Shown here one piece after another: positions 30,784 to 31,236 of a DNA stretch of 31,236 bases. The stretch's first letter is position 1, and each line of letters starts with the position of its first letter. The stretch spans positions 1 through 31,236 of the forward strand of contig CBDCEW010000014.1 of NCBI GenBank assembly GCA_965215885.1. The letters are read 5' to 3'. The notes under the pieces were generated by a model. It was not told where the DNA came from and searched no databases. It worked only from the letters and a program-made list of their open reading frames with translations. Source of the DNA: Candidatus Moanibacter sp. Its GTDB lineage: Bacteria; Verrucomicrobiota; Verrucomicrobiia; Opitutales; UBA2987. A program made the position numbers and the translations under genes.

Positions 30784-30811
30784 ATACTATGTAATCAATA
30801 GAATCTTGCAA
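30784..30811 (-). promoter_or_regulatory. Candidate sigma70-type promoter for IS-C
   Basis: TTGCAA-16 nt-TAGTAT on the minus strand, in AT-rich DNA just inside the TIR. Confidence 0.3.
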
Positions 30812-30920
30812 GTGCCTGAATAACATTTACTTTGGGTTCTCCAACCCAATTTCGTAATTATGGGCCTTGCCCCGGGGTGGCGCCCGGCTCATGCAGCTAT
30901 AAGCCGAGACTCAATCACAA

Positions 30921-30988
30921 TACCCCTCATCCGGCCCTGCTCTCTCTGCCGTTATAACGGACGGGAGAGCAGGGCCGGATGAGGGGTA
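30921..30988. repeat. 68-nt near-perfect hairpin
   Basis: TACCCCTCATCCGGCCCTGCTCTC pairs perfectly (24 bp) with 30965-30988 around the palindromic centre CCGTTATAACGG. Confidence 0.85.
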
Positions 30989-31001
30989 GGTTGGGGTGGA
31001 G

Positions 31002-31044
31002 GGCTTTTGTAGCACGAAACCAGCACCACCCCGGCGCAAGGCCC
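31002..31044 (+). mobile_element. Probable end of another IS-C-related element, truncated or interrupted by an IS4
   Basis: GGCTTTTGTAGC is followed by CCACCCCGGCGCAAGGCCC (31026-31044), matching the IS-C internal box. Confidence 0.55.
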
Positions 31045-31236
31045 CATAAGCGCTAACTTGTTTGCTTGACATAGTGCATTTCCTGCTGTGGACTTCCGCA
31101 ACAGGTTAGCAGAATTGAAGGGAGGTCGACCATGATGGATGAAGACTGGAGCGTGCTGATGTCTTTTTTCCCGCCGCAATGGAAAGAATTGGCTAAGAAG
31201 ACCAACGCGTTGAAGGGATTGCGCCGGGACAAGGCA
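31045..31236 (+). mobile_element. Left end of a second IS4-family element (runs off the window)
   Basis: The terminus CATAAGCGCTAAC resembles the CAT..GCGT.AAC ends of 20153-21761. TTGACA is at 31066 and the RBS is GGAGG. Confidence 0.6.
31132..31236 (+). CDS. N-terminus of a probable IS4-family transposase (partial)
   Basis: Reads MMDEDWSVLMSFFPPQWKELAKKTNALKGLRRDK, with the 'W.ELA..T.AL..R' pattern of IS4-type N-termini. Confidence 0.6.
   Translation, partial: MMDEDWSVLMSFFPPQWKELAKKTNALKGLRRDKA

Larger units (their letters stand above)
27862..30907 (-). mobile_element. Two-ORF unclassified IS ('IS-C') with ~70-bp imperfect TIRs, ISL3-like ends
   Basis: Terminal TCGGCTTGTACCTG vs TCGGCTTATAGCTG. 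Internal box CCACCCCGGCACAAGACCCAT (27893-27913) vs CCACCCCGGGGCAAGGCCCAT (rc of 30860-30880), 18/21. GGTTGG follows in both. No TSD found. Confidence 0.75.

Noticed and set aside
30921..30988. Rho-independent terminator
   Set aside because: There is no poly-T tract on either side and no gene ends here, so it is kept as a repeat/hairpin.

Overview
IS-dense accessory region of a bacterial genome, probably Verrucomicrobiota (Opitutae-like). This is inferred from the 'EEVVELSPFEV' TonB-receptor N-terminus and an ADOP-type permease. Six insertion sequences are visible. Two near-identical inverted copies of an unclassified ~2.37-kb IS (70-2443 and 15815-18195) have a 741-aa DDE transposase, bipartite TIRs and a 5-bp TSD. 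An IS5-like element is split by the first copy. An IS4-family element (20153-21761, 9-bp TSD) sits in a REP hairpin. A two-ORF element (~27862-30907) has long imperfect TIRs and an A9 slippery run joining its ORFs. A second IS4-family element starts at the right edge. Between the two inverted copies is a co-oriented ~11.7-kb run of small-molecule-modifying genes: SnoaL/NTF2, YegD-type Hsp70, APH-like kinase, four Nudix hydrolases, AAC(3)-family acetyltransferase, ADOP permease, erythromycin-esterase-family protein and a P-loop kinase. To the right are a 2OG-Fe(II) dioxygenase, several REP-like/palindromic repeat families, a TonB-dependent receptor and an FG-GAP/ASPIC-UnbV protein with an uncharacterised C-terminal domain. 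About 17 small frameshifts break otherwise well-conserved genes, so many 'pseudogenes' may be long-read errors. All family calls come from motif recognition by eye, not from database searches.
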